In this document: piece by piece, positions 42,517 through 56,660 of the stretch
How positions within the stretch are numbered: position 1 is the stretch's first letter
Layout of the letters: every line of letters begins with the position of its first letter
Assembly: GCA_951406725.2 (NCBI GenBank)
Contig: OX597830.1
Coordinates: forward strand, 35,836,001 to 35,900,000
Length of the DNA stretch: 64,000 bases
DNA from: Octopus vulgaris
Lineage: Eukaryota
Direction of reading: 5' to 3'
The notes under the pieces: model-generated
The model's input: the letters and a program-made list of their open reading frames with translations, nothing else
What the model was told of the DNA's origin: nothing
Databases searched by the model: none
Program-made: the position numbers and the translations under genes

Positions 42517-43388
42517 TGAGTTCTGGTCAATAAGTATCAGAAGTGTTGCCATAGTAATGAAGCTAAAACAAGCAGAGTGAAGCCACTTGACACAGGTTGG
42601 CCTTGAACTCCGTTGTAAATGAACATTAAGTTTTAATGTTCTAGCTCAATTCTGCTGTTTAGAGCAGTGCTTGGAAGGAAGGTGTGTAGCGTGTCATTGT
42701 CGCATTGACCATGACAAACTTGTCATGGCGTTACCTGCTCAGAGGCCTACGCAAGGTTGCAGAAAATGTATGGAGAGAAGAGTATGAGCCGCAGAAAAGT
42801 GTACGCTTGGTTTAGACGTTTCCAAGATGACCGAAAAAATGTCCATATTGACTGACGTTCTGGGAGACTTGCAACCAGCAGAACTAAGAAAAACATCGCA
42901 GACGTGCGTACAGCTGTGAGGGAAAATCGTCGAATTACCATCCGTGAGTTATCAGAGGATGTGCAAATGACTTATGGCTCAGTTCAGTCTATTATCACTG
43001 AAGCTTTGGGTATGCGAAGCGTGTCCGCAAAGTTTGCGACAAAACTGCTTTCAGTTGACCAAAAGGACTTTCGGGTTTCAATTGCACAAGATCTCTTTGA
43101 TTGTGTCGAGAACAACGAAAACTTTTTGAAAACTTTGCGTAGTCCTATGAGCAGGTATCGCCAAGCTTTTCGCAAAATTTGACGCAGATTTTTTTTTCAA
43201 TTTTCTCTTTCATGGTCAATGCGACGATCACATGCTACACATCTTCCTCCCAAACACTGGTGTAAACAGCGAAAGGGAGTTAGAACATTAGAGAGTTTCA
43301 GGTTAATCTGTGCCAAACAGGCTTTACACTGCGTGCTTCAGCTTCGTTACAATAGCAACAGTCCGGATACTTATTGATCAGACCACAC
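42517..43388 (+). mobile_element. Non-autonomous mariner derivative with long (about 240 bp) inverted ends
   Basis: Ends TA|tgagttctggtcaataagtatc and gatacttattgatcagacc. Internal N-terminal transposase LQKMYGEKSMSRRKVYAWFRRF..RSGR..VRENRRITIRELSEDV..GSVQSIITEALGMRSVSAKF..LL. No catalytic domain. Confidence 0.9.
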
Positions 43389-43609
43389 ACACACACGCAC
43401 ACGCACACATATGTATAAATAAAAGGAGTAAAGATACTGAAGATTCAGTATACACCACGTGGTAAAATTATGAGTTGAAAATATGTGGAAAACATGTATA
43501 AGAGGTGGAAGAGAAATGCTTTCATTTCACATAGTTTAATATCTTTTTATGAAGAAATTTTTTTATATGCATGCATATTTTATAGATGTCGTGTATGTAT
43601 GTATATAGT

Positions 43610-44045
<436 letters not shown>

Positions 44046-44047
<2 letters not shown>

Positions 44048-44421
44048 AGTGGCTGTGTGGCACGTAGCTTTCTTACCAACCACATGGTCCCGGGTTCAAT
44101 CCACCTGCGTAGCACCTTGGACAAGTGTCTTCTACTATATCCTCAGGCTGACCAAAGCCTTGTGAGTAGATTTGGTAGACGGAACTGGAAGAAGCCCGTC
44201 CTATATGTATGTATATGTATATGTATGTGTGTCTGTGCTTGTTCCCACAACATCGCTTGACAACCGATGCTGGTGTGTTTACGTCCCCGGTTCGGCAAAA
44301 GAGACCGATGGAATAAGTACTAGGCTTGCAAAGAATACGTCCTGGAGTCCATTTGCTCGACTAAAGGCGGTGCTGCAGTATGGCCGCAGTCAAATGACTG
44401 TAACAAGTAAAAGAGTAAAAG
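44046..44421 (+). mobile_element. SINE family A
   Basis: Full-length homologue flanked by (TA)n. Confidence 0.9.
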
Positions 44422-44911
44422 GGTATATATATATATATATATATAAATGCACATACATACATGTAATATAAATGAGCTTTTATAGTAAGTTTTAATATAA
44501 GGAAGAAAGGTGTAGATATATGGACATATATGAATAGAAAGTAAAAATGAACTGAGGGAGGACGTAAGCAAGATAAATCATAAAATGCCAAAATTGCAAA
44601 ATAACCAAAATATAGAAGAAATAATTAGGAAAACAGCAGAATCAGTGTTACCTGACAGTGGCAGAAATTGGACATGTTCTCGCAAATGATCATGGTTATG
44701 TCCAGAAATAATGATGGACATAACAATTTCACTGTAGCATGCTCTGGAAGAAATTATATTATTTCTTCTAAATGTTGTTGTTTTTCTGAATTTTTATGTT
44801 GTTTTTCGTGATTATTTGCATTATTTTTGCTGCTCGTATATATTTATATATACGTTGCTAATGGTGTTGCTATTGTCATGATTTCGTTACTGACATTTTT
44901 GTAGTCATCAA

Positions 44912-44912
44912 T

Positions 44913-44990
<78 letters not shown>

Positions 44991-45001
44991 ATGGTGGTGG
45001 A

Positions 45002-45043
<42 letters not shown>

Positions 45044-45135
45044 TGTTGTTGTTGTTGTTGCTGTTGTTATTGTTAATAGCCGATGATGACGACGACGACC
45101 ACCAAGATGATGATGATGGTGATGATGACCACGAT
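44912..45135. repeat. Compound (TAG)n/(TGG)n/(TTG)n/(GAT)n repeat
   Basis: Directly visible. Similar (CTA)n at 40735-40830. Confidence 0.95.
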
Positions 45136-45655
45136 GATTCTGCAGTCGGAGTCACCGTTGGTGTTGTTTATCACTGCTGCTGGTTTTATATAGATGCTGT
45201 TGTTGCTATTGTTGTTTTTCTTTTTATTCCTGTTGCTGAAGAAGGCGCACCTCTAATGACGTGTTCGCTTATTTAATTCTGCTCTGTGCCTCTATTCTCT
45301 GATATTTTTACAATCTATTTATCTCAAATCCCATCCCCCTCACACACACTCTCTCTCTCTCTCTCACTCTCTCTCGCTCTCTGTCTTTCTTTGCTTCTCT
45401 ACCGAGCACATTGGAACCAACTCTCACTTCCACTCTCTGAGAATTTCCTTCGTGACCGATGACCTTCGACAATTGTAGCTTGAGCAGTTCAACAACAACG
45501 CCTTTCGTAGTGGAACGTGTCAGCATGGCCGCAGTGTCTATATGCAGTCTTTGATGATGTTTATTCCTTTTCTTTTTGTTTTTCTTTATATTATTTTGTT
45601 CTGTGTAATTCATACACACACACACATCATTATATATATATACAAGCATACAAAC

Positions 45656-45804
<149 letters not shown>

Positions 45805-45831
45805 CAGAGACAAACATCTAAATATGTAATT

Positions 45832-46175
45832 TCTCTTGTTTCAGTCATTTGACTGTGGCCATGTTGGAGCACCACCTTTAGTCGAGCAAATCGACGCCAG
45901 GACTTATTCTTTGTAAGCCTAGTACTTATTCTATGGGTTTATCTTGCCGAACCGCTATGTTACGGGGACGTAAACACACTAGCATCGTGGGATAAACATA
46001 TATACATATATACGACGGCCTTCTTTCAGTTTCCGTCTACCAAATCCACTCACAAGGTTTTGGTCGGCCCGTGGCTATAGTAGAAGACACTTGCCCAAGG
46101 TGCCACGCAGTAGTACTGAACCCGGAACCATGTGGTTGGTAAGCAAGCTACTTACCACACAGCCACTCCTGCGCC
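45832..46175 (-). mobile_element. SINE family A
   Basis: Reverse complement ending cttaccacacagccactcctgcgcc. Confidence 0.9.
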
Positions 46176-46968
46176 TATATGCAAATTTAGATTATAAAGT
46201 ATAAAATGTATGCAAAGATAGATTAAAAAGTATAGATACTTGCGGTAATTTGATCGACTGTGTGCTCCAGTATGGCCGTTGTCCACTGACTGAAACAAGT
46301 AAAAAAAAGCGCTGATTGAATGTAATATATTTTCAGTTATCCGTATCTGTTTTGTTACACGATATTCAAGGGTATGCGCTGTTATTACCTGCAAGAAAAT
46401 GAAACAACACGGAATTTGAACTCATCATACACGGGTACATAGATGAATAGATCGTCCACGTGACCATTTCCCAACTGATCTGTAAGCATGTTGCAGGGCA
46501 TGTTATATATGCAAATTCTTTTAATTATAAGTCATCTTCATTTTCGAGAGCGCATTATATATTCCAACAGCCCGGTTTCGATTTTCATGCGGAAATTACC
46601 CTGTTTGCTATGGCATCAATGTTACAAGACATTTTTCAAAGCAGGTGGAAATATTCCATTTTCGACTGTTTCCATTGAAATTAGTTTCTGTGTTATCTAC
46701 AAAACCTCACATTTAATATAGAACGGGAAATGAGTTGCGGAAGCAGCATTTTCGGTAACTTGCTCCTAATGCAAACTCTTTCCAGTTTTATGTAGTTTTT
46801 GATTTTGTTTGCTTGATTTTTTAAGAATTTTTACATGAGTGCCGTGGTTGGGGAGTTTACTTTTAAACTTCATACTGTTGGGTTCAATTCCATTGCGCAA
46901 AAATCATTGCACTATGTATTTGTGCATGCATAGACAAACACAGAGTTGATTTTGTTACAAGTGTTACA

Positions 46969-47556
46969 TATTTCTTCATTGCCCACATTGAAGAGACAAA
47001 CAAGGACAGACAAACGGATTAAGTTGATTACATCGACCCCGGTGAGTAACTGGTACTTAATTTATCGACTCCGAGATGATGAAAGGCGAAGTCGACCTCG
47101 GCGGAATTTGATCTCAGAAAGTAACGGCAGACGAAATACCTATTTCTTTACTACCCACAAGGGACTAAACACAGAGGGGGCAAACAAAGACAGACAAACG
47201 GATTAAGTTGATTACATCGACCCCGGTGAGTAACTGGTACTTAATTTATCGACTCCGAGAGGATGAAAGGCGAAGTCGACCTCGGCGGAATTTGAACTCA
47301 GAACGTAACGGCAGACGAAATACCTATTTCTTTACTACCCACAAGGGACTAAACACAGAGAGGACAAACAAGGACAGACAAACGGATTAAGTCGATTATA
47401 TCGACCCCATTGCGTAACTGTTATCTATATAATCGACCCCGAAAGAATGAAAGGCAAAGTCGACCTAGGCGGAATTTGAACTTAGAACGTACGATAGACG
47501 AAATACCGCTAAGCATTTTCTCCGGTGTGCTAAAGATTTAGTCATCTCGCCGCCTT
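46969..47556 (-). mobile_element. SINE family B trimer
   Basis: One head and three tandem units with 184-bp period; junctions at 47133-47146 and 47317-47330. Confidence 0.92.
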
Positions 47557-47989
47557 TAATAATAATCCTTGCCTTCTTCAGCAACAGGAATAAAAAGAAA
47601 GCAACAACAGCAACTATATAAAACCAACAGCAATAATAAGCAACACCGACGGTGACTCTGGATGCAGGATCATCGTGGTCACCATCACCATCATCACTAA
47701 CGTCGTCGTCGTCATCATCGTCGTCACCCTGTCTTCATCATCGCCTTTGTTATAAATGTTACTGGCTAGCAGAGGGGAAGCAATCAATACTTCACTTCTT
47801 CCGGGACTACTTTCTTTTTCCGCACTAATCAGACCTAAGTCTTTTCATCACTTATTGTCACGCAAAATCTCGTTTGCAATCTCGTTTGCCCTCTCGCCTC
47901 ATACGATTGCCTACTTGCCCGCATCATGCAAACTATAGTTGAGTCATTGCAAATATATTCGCAAGAAATGAATAAAAAGGAAGAATAAG

Positions 47990-48056
<67 letters not shown>

Positions 48057-48475
48057 TGCACTTAATGGAGTCTGAATCCACGCTGTTAAGAGGTTCATAA
48101 TAAGGTGAATAACGTATAGAAAAACAAGAGATAAATAATGGTTCATTCACTACAGCTGTTTCCAACGAGTTTTTAAATTGATGAACAGCGATATTACATC
48201 ATGCGAAAAGCAAACCGTTTTATCGGCAGAATCTACGTAAATTACACATTTAAAACATTCCAAAAGTGACCAGGTTGTGCCACTTCATGATAACCTGACT
48301 AGTAATAGTCCTCGCAGCCGCTGCCACTCAGGCGAAGTATACAAATTACGCGACGAAAAGCTTGTGGCGAAAAAATATATATATACTGATGATATGCAAA
48401 TGTTCCCGAAATTGCAATGACATTAGAAGCAGAATTTGCAATACCTCTCGCAGCATCTCCGACGCTTATTTCACC

Positions 48476-48527
<52 letters not shown>

Positions 48528-49155
48528 CGGGATTATACATACATGTGTTTGTGTGGTTTTGTTGCTCTGCTGTGGATGGCGGAATTTAGAACCTACGGTA
48601 GTTTGTAAGTTCTTCCATTTTTCGCTAAACTACTTCATTCTCTTTCGATCACTTTCTTTTCGTTTTCATCTGTCTTCATATTTTCTTTCATTATGTTTAC
48701 CCTCTTTTTTTCCTCTCTTTTTTTAGCAGCATTTTGTATTCTTTATGCAACATCTAAACATCTAAATGATGAAATACGCCAATACACACACACACACACA
48801 CATACAAGCACGCACGCATGCACACACATATATGCATATATATATATCTTGTAAATATTTTGTATGCCATCTTATTTTATATATAAAATAGATATATATG
48901 CACAACACACACACACACATATACATATATATTTATATACACACTCACATGTATATATGTACATGTGTGTGTATAAGCATAATTATATAGATGAAGAATT
49001 GTAAACGTAAGAGTGTTTTCAGTGCTCATTCGACTGTTTGTACTCTCAAACATGCATATGCGCATACACACGCATGCCACACTTATACACACATACACAA
49101 ACACAGAGGAAAATGCGCAGAAGTGTTCACGGAGGTACTCAAATATATACATATG

Positions 49156-49186
<31 letters not shown>

Positions 49187-49233
49187 TTGTATTTATATAT
49201 ATATATACATACATGCATATAATATATATATAA

Positions 49234-49301
<68 letters not shown>

Positions 49302-49727
49302 GTAAGTTCGCACACTCATTCACACAACTATAGCAGTGAAAAGCAACACCTCCTTATCAAAGCTTCCCAGTAATATATTCCCACTTCTCTTCCCTTTTTT
49401 CTTTCTAATAATTTTACTATGATCTCCATCTTTACATATATGTATTGTTTTGTTTTCGCATATATTTGTTTTGTTTATCTTCATATCAATAACTTTGTTT
49501 TCTTTTCTTTCTTTTTTTTCATTTATTAATCCTTTATATTTATTGTAGTTATTTTTTTTCCTTATTCGTTTTTATTACGTTCTTGGTCATGTAATTTCAA
49601 AGAAGTGTTATCTTTTCTGTTTCTCCTTCGCTCTCTCTCCCTTACTTTCTTTCTCTCTGTCTCTCTCACTCTCTCTCTCTCTCTCTCTCTCTTGCGCGCG
49701 TGCGAGCTCTCTCCTTCTCTCCTGCTA

Positions 49728-49793
<66 letters not shown>

Positions 49794-49846
49794 ATGTATA
49801 TATGTATATATATGTATGTATGTATGTATATATATATGTATATGTA

Positions 49847-49895
<49 letters not shown>

Positions 49896-50142
49896 ATATA
49901 TATATGTGTGTGTGTATATCTTAAAATGTATATACGTGTATTGTATACATGAATGTATATATGTACGTGCATATAAGTGTATGTGTGTGTAATACCTTTA
50001 TAAATACAGGTATTTTTGTGTGAAACTTCATATATTTATAAGCATATACATATATATGCACATGCACACACACAAACATACACACATATATATATTTATA
50101 TATACAAACATACATATATATATATGTGTATGTATGTATACA

Positions 50143-50195
<53 letters not shown>

Positions 50196-50239
50196 GTAGA
50201 TACACATTTGCATATATATTGCTATACCTAAGCGAAATA

Positions 50240-50365
<126 letters not shown>

Positions 50366-50585
50366 CACTCACATACACATGTACACACAGTTCATAATAA
50401 TGCATTTAAGTGTATCTGTGAGCATACCTCTATGTTCGTGTCACGGTGCCAACGCAAATGTTTGCCTACCTGAGAATGTGTTTGCATACGCGCATTTGTA
50501 CGCGTTTGACTAAGTGCGCGTTTGCGTATATAACTGTGTGACGTATAATTACCTTCCTCTTTCTCTTTCTTCTTATTTTTTGCAG

Positions 50586-50651
50586 GTGTGTTTTAGCAAA
50601 GGTGATAGAACTGTTAACTAATCAACAATATCGATGGGAGAAGATCAACTG
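50586..50651 (+). other. Candidate 66-nt internal exon
   Basis: About 30-nt polypyrimidine tract plus TGCAG|G acceptor; weak donor TG|GTAAAG. The phase-2 frame is open (CVLAKVIELLTNQQYRWEKIN); no recognisable homology. Confidence 0.35.
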
Positions 50652-51068
50652 GTAAAGGAATAATATATTAATTACAGACTTTCTGTTGCCAAAGATATGA
50701 AAGGAATTACGCGAAAAGGCTGCCATAGAAGTGGTGGTATCTCCAAGCATTATTCATGGCAATATGAATATAAACCAATCTTAATTTCTTGTGTTTAGCA
50801 TCTGAACTCGTTAATTAAGCGCGGTAGCATTTCTTTTATAAGTGTGTTCATAATATTTATTTTCGTTACCGTCTTCCAACTACCGAATATCTGTATTAAC
50901 GCAAACGTCTGTATGTGTATATGTATGCGACTCAAACTCATGCACACATATAGATTTATAGTCGTAATCAACGAACATCACATACATACACACGCACACA
51001 CACACACCTATACACCTATACAAACACGCCAACGGTAATACATACATCCATTCATACATTCATATATG

Positions 51069-51146
<78 letters not shown>

Positions 51147-52480
51147 CATATATATATATACATATATATACATATATGTATGGATGGATGGATGTTTGTA
51201 TATGTATGTGTTTGCGTGTGTGTGTATGTCTGTGTGTATCTGTCTGTGTTTGTGTGTGTGCGCGTATGTGATATTCATTGATTACGACTGTTTCCGACAA
51301 TCTTTCGTGCGCCATTGTAGTTCCATATGATATTATGTATGAAAGTATAAAATCTCTAATCGTTGATTTTCTACATAACAAATGTTGAATTTTATATGTA
51401 CATTAAACGCACGCATACACACACACACAGAGTGAGAGAGAAAGAGATACATACATATACACATACATATACATACACAGATATGCATGTATGTATGTAG
51501 GAAGAGCATACATGCATATCTGTGTATGTATAAGTATGTATGTGTATATGTATGTATCTCTTTCTCTCTCACTCTGTGTGTGTGTATATATATATATATA
51601 TATACCTGTGTGTGTTTGCGTATCTCTTTCTCCCTCTCTTTGTCTTTTTCTCTCTTTCTTTCTCTGTCTTTCATCATTTTAGGAGTTTATCACAAATGCA
51701 TCAGTCTAAGACGAGTGTAATCGACTCAACTTCTCCCTTAAAATCACTGTCCTTGTGGCAAACTTTGAAACTATTTTTTCATAGAAGGAACTGGTGTAAG
51801 AGACGCCGTGAGATACGTAGTACTCGTGGATGGTGGGATATCTGTTAATATGTAATATTCATCAGTATCAAATAGTAGTGATTATCCATCGCGTTTTAAG
51901 TCAGAAGTGTGTGATTTTTAGGAGATTTCGTCATTCAGTTGAGACTACACCGTTGGCTCTCTTCTGTTAGTTTTAGTCCTCACAATGAGATCTTTAGAGA
52001 AGAGTTTCCAGAAGGAACAATGATAAGCATGGATAAACAATGGCAAAGAATAGTGATTCAATAGTAACGGCGGAATTCCTAAGAAGATCTAAATATGAAT
52101 CAGGATGTGGATGTTTAAAATGGCGCAATTATGGCTGCGGGGTTTAAACGTTCGATTTGGAACTCTGTGGTTTCTAATTCGATTCCACAAGTTTTTTCTT
52201 GGCCATGTATCTTCTACCACATGTGTTTTTGACCAAGCCGTTGTAATTCTATTTTGGTGGACGGTAACTGTGCGGATGTCCCTTGGAGAGACGCTGCATG
52301 TTTCTGCGTATTAGATATAATCCCTCTCCGAGTTTAATTCTATCCGGAATTTTTGTACTGATCGCCGTTGGGGCGTTCCACTTTGTTTCAATGCTAGAAA
52401 TTTCTATTTAAGAAAATTAATAACAATTGCGTGGGATGAAACCACCTCAGTGGTCTTAAAACATAAAGCTTCAAAACATA

Positions 52481-52929
<449 letters not shown>

Positions 52930-53763
52930 GAAAAATAAACTGCAAATGCTCAATAAATTATTCCCCTTTTTATTTTACCGTTTCCTTTCTTTTACCTTGA
53001 TGAAGGGCCCTGCCTAATTCATCTGGTCTGGAAATAACTCACACCTTGTCTCTCAATACATTTTGAGAAAATTAAAAAATAACTGAGAGAAGGGCTCATA
53101 TCGCTGACATTTTTTCTCTGGTTAAGCTCTTTAAAAAATTGGGTATAGATTTCAATCGTTGCGCAGAGATACGATTCAGATTCACAATACAAGTTTTAGG
53201 TGTAAATTAAAGATGCTCTCAAAGCATCATTCATTTCCTTTTGTATTTGCTGACGGCGCTAATTCACGTGTTCCAGATATTAAGTCGGAAAAGTGACACC
53301 TTCAAGCTTACTACGTCAGACGTTCTTTTTTATGAGTTAAATTCTTAGTCTTGTGTAGGTCTTTGAAGGAAAATGGGATAGCGTGTGAGAGAGACAGACA
53401 GAGAGACAGAGACAGAGACAGACAGAGTGTGTATGTGTGTGAGTGTGTGAATTGAAGGTACGTTTATGGGGAGAGGATATGTGTTTATGTGTCTGCGTGA
53501 CGAGGGTATAAATGTATGTGTTGTAGCATTTTCATTTCTTTATTTCTTTTAACGTGTTAAGGTGTCTTTTTTTTTATATTCTCATTTAAGGACAAGAATA
53601 CTAAAAAAAAATAAAGACGCAAGAAAAAATCACAGCAGTACATGAATAGGAATGATAGGGCAGGGAAGGTTCTGGGATGAAGGGTAAGAAGAAAAAAGAA
53701 AGTGAAACCGAAGAATAAAAGGATAAAAAATAAACCATCATCTCTATCATCATCATCATCACT

Positions 53764-53823
<60 letters not shown>

Positions 53824-54227
53824 TCTATCATCATCACCGTCATCATCATCATCATCATCACCATCATCATCACCATCATCATCATCATCTCTATCATCAT
53901 CATTATTACCATCGTCATCATTATCATCATCATGTTCATAACGATGATGATCATGATCATGATGATAAGAACACTATCAAGAAGGAGAAGGCACAGAATT
54001 AGTAACAACAAGAAGAAAAAAATCTTACTAAGTGACGTATTTATTTGAACAATAAAATAAAATAAAGGCAAAATGAAAAAAAAAAGAGAGAGATTTAAAT
54101 AGTTTGTGTCTTTTGATGCTGTTTGAGGTTTATTGAAGGAAAGAGAGAAAGAGACGAGGAAGAGAGAAAGAGGGAGATACAGAGACAGACAGAAGAGAGG
54201 TTGAGAGACAGACAGTCAGGCATCGAA

Positions 54228-54270
<43 letters not shown>

Positions 54271-54936
54271 AATAATGACAGTTTAAAACACCATCAACAA
54301 CAACAGCAACAACAACAAAGAACTCAATAACATTTGTAGCAACAGCACCCACAAACCCAATCAACAACAAGAACAATAACAACAGCAATAAGGAAAACAG
54401 CGAGAAGCGTATTGTCGACACCAAAAAGAACTTTTACAACAAATAAATGCTAAATAACTTAGAGGAAAATCAACAACAGCAACAACGAAAACAACAAGAT
54501 CAACCACAATCAACAACAATAGTAATAACAACATGACTACATTCAAACAACAACACGACGAGCGCCATCTACACCAAGAGTAAAAACAACAAGTAAGACG
54601 AGTAGCAACAAGATTTGGAAGGAGGTTTTCATAAAAAAAGCAAAACAAAAAAAAACAGTGATAAAAACACAGAAAAATAAAAGTGGAACGATAAAATGTA
54701 ATGAAAGGAATAGAAATATTTAGTAAATAATAAAACAAACAAACGTAAAAAAATTGCCGAGTGGTGGCGCCACATGGTGCTCCGGCAGGAAACCACCTCA
54801 TTTCATTGAACAAGTGAATTTTTATTTAGTCATAAAGTCGTGGTGTGAGGTGGCATATTGGTGTAGTAGCAACAGTAAGCTTTGTTTCCATGGTGGTGAT
54901 GGTGGTGGTAGTGAGAGGTAGTGTGGTGGTTGAAGG

Positions 54937-54968
<32 letters not shown>

Positions 54969-55306
54969 GGTGGTGATGATGATGGTGGTGGTCGTCGCGG
55001 TAGTCGTCGACGTGCAAGCTTCTAGACGTCGAAGTCGTTGTTTGTTTTGATGGTTATAGAAATTATATAGTGTTGTTGCTGATGATACGGTTATGGCTAA
55101 GTCCTACTAAAGCCACGTGCATAAATCTAACTAGGGCTATCCTGTTTTATTTTACACACAAATCACTAAAACAGTGGTTTCTAAACATAATTTTCCAAAT
55201 CTTTATTTTCCATTTTAATTCATAACACGTATCTTAATTTTAAAGGCGAAGTTTTAATCCGTTAGGGCCTCAGCTGATCAATGTTGAACTAAACTTTCAA
55301 TGATAT

Positions 55307-55599
55307 TGCGTGGCACTTTGATCAAGTATCTTCTATTATAGTTCCGGGCCGCCCAAAGTCTTGTAAGTGGATTTAGTAGACGGAAACTGAAAGAATGCCA
55401 TCGTGTAGACACACAGAGAAAGAGATAGATACCTATTTAGACAGATAAATAGACAGACAGCCAGACAAACAGACAGGTAGATAGATTTTACGGACAGACA
55501 GACAAACAAATAGATAGAGAGATAGACAAACAGATAGATAGATAAATAGATGGATACATAGATTGAGAGATAGGTAGATTTACGGACAGACAAACAGAC

Positions 55600-55663
<64 letters not shown>

Positions 55664-55825
55664 GTCTTTGTGATTATGTTTGTCCCCTTCTACTGCTTGA
55701 CTACAAGTGTTATTTTGTTCTTGACTCCATAGCAGTTCGGTAAAAGAGACCGATAGATTAAGTACGAGGCTTACAAATTAGTAATGGGATCGATTTGTTC
55801 GACTAAACCTTCTAAGGGATGTTGG
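55307..55825 (+). mobile_element. SINE family A with internal GATA/GACA expansion
   Basis: The 5' part (gtggatttagtagacggaaactgaaagaa) and 3' part (gttcggtaaaagagaccgatag) are separated by about 250 bp of tetranucleotide repeat. Confidence 0.8.
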
Positions 55826-55827
55826 TG

Positions 55828-55970
55828 TGGGGTGGGGATGGTGGGGTGGGGTGGAGATGATGGGATGGGGATGTGGATGTGGGGTGAGGATGGGGATGTG
55901 GGGTGAGGATGGGGATGTGGGATGGTTTGTAGATGTCGGAATGGGGTGTGTGGCTGTGAGTTGTGGGTGG
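55828..55970 (+). repeat. G-rich (GGGGATGT-like) repeat
   Basis: Many G3-G4 runs with short spacers. Confidence 0.85.
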
Positions 55971-56173
55971 AGCGGTATCAATAAAGAGAGAAAGTGGGTA
56001 GGAGTGGAGGAAGTAGGTTTCAGAGCGAGAGAGGAGTGGAGGTGGGTAGGAGTGAAGAGAGATTGTAGGTGTCAGATGAAGAGAGGAGAGGTGTTGAGCC
56101 CATGTGACGCAAAGGAGCGAAGAGAGAAGATTAAAATCAGTTCACGACGATGGCGGGAGTCCGGATAGCCCCA

Positions 56174-56660
56174 TAAAGACGGACGAAATACCTATTTCTT
56201 TACTACCCACAAGGGGCTAAACACAGAGAGGACAAACAAGGATAGACAAACTGATTAAGTCGATTATATCGACCCCAGTGCGTAACTGGTACTTAATTTA
56301 TCGATCCCGAAAGGATGAAAGACAAAGTCGACCTCGGCGGAATTTGAACTCAGAACGTAACGGCAGACGAAATACCGTTAAGCGTTTCGCCCGGCGTGCT
56401 AATGATCCTGCCAGCTCACCGCTCTATATAGAAAGAAATTTTGATTTCAAATCTTGGCACAAGGCCAGCAATTTCTGGGGAAGGTGTAAGTCGATTACAT
56501 CAAACCCGGGAAACAGCTGGTACATATTTTATCGACCCCGAAGGGAATGAAAGGCAAAGTCGATCCCGGTGGTATTCGAAATCAGAAAGAACGTAAAGAC
56601 GGACGAAATGCCGCTAAGCGTTTTGTACGACGTTCTAATGATTCTGCCATCTCGCCGCTC
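56174..56660 (-). mobile_element. Two adjacent SINE B copies (long-tail and short-tail types)
   Basis: 56174-56425 has the long tail plus the multimer junction at 56185-56198. 56445-56660 has the short tail. Both heads are flanked by gctctat.tagaaagaaat. Confidence 0.88.

Noticed and set aside
54765-54800. GC-rich CTCF-like/hairpin motif tgccgagtggtggcgccacatggtgctccggca
   Set aside because: Three mismatches in the CTCF core and no other support.
54826-55017. Poly-His/Gln/Thr ORF resembling a transcription-factor low-complexity region
   Set aside because: Trinucleotide repeat with no flanking domain or convincing splice sites.
56278-56550. Recurrent peptide MRNWYLIYR.RKDERQSRPRRNLNSERN (also 29747, 46946, 47208, 58016, 62712)
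   Set aside because: Antisense reading of SINE B, not a peptide gene family.
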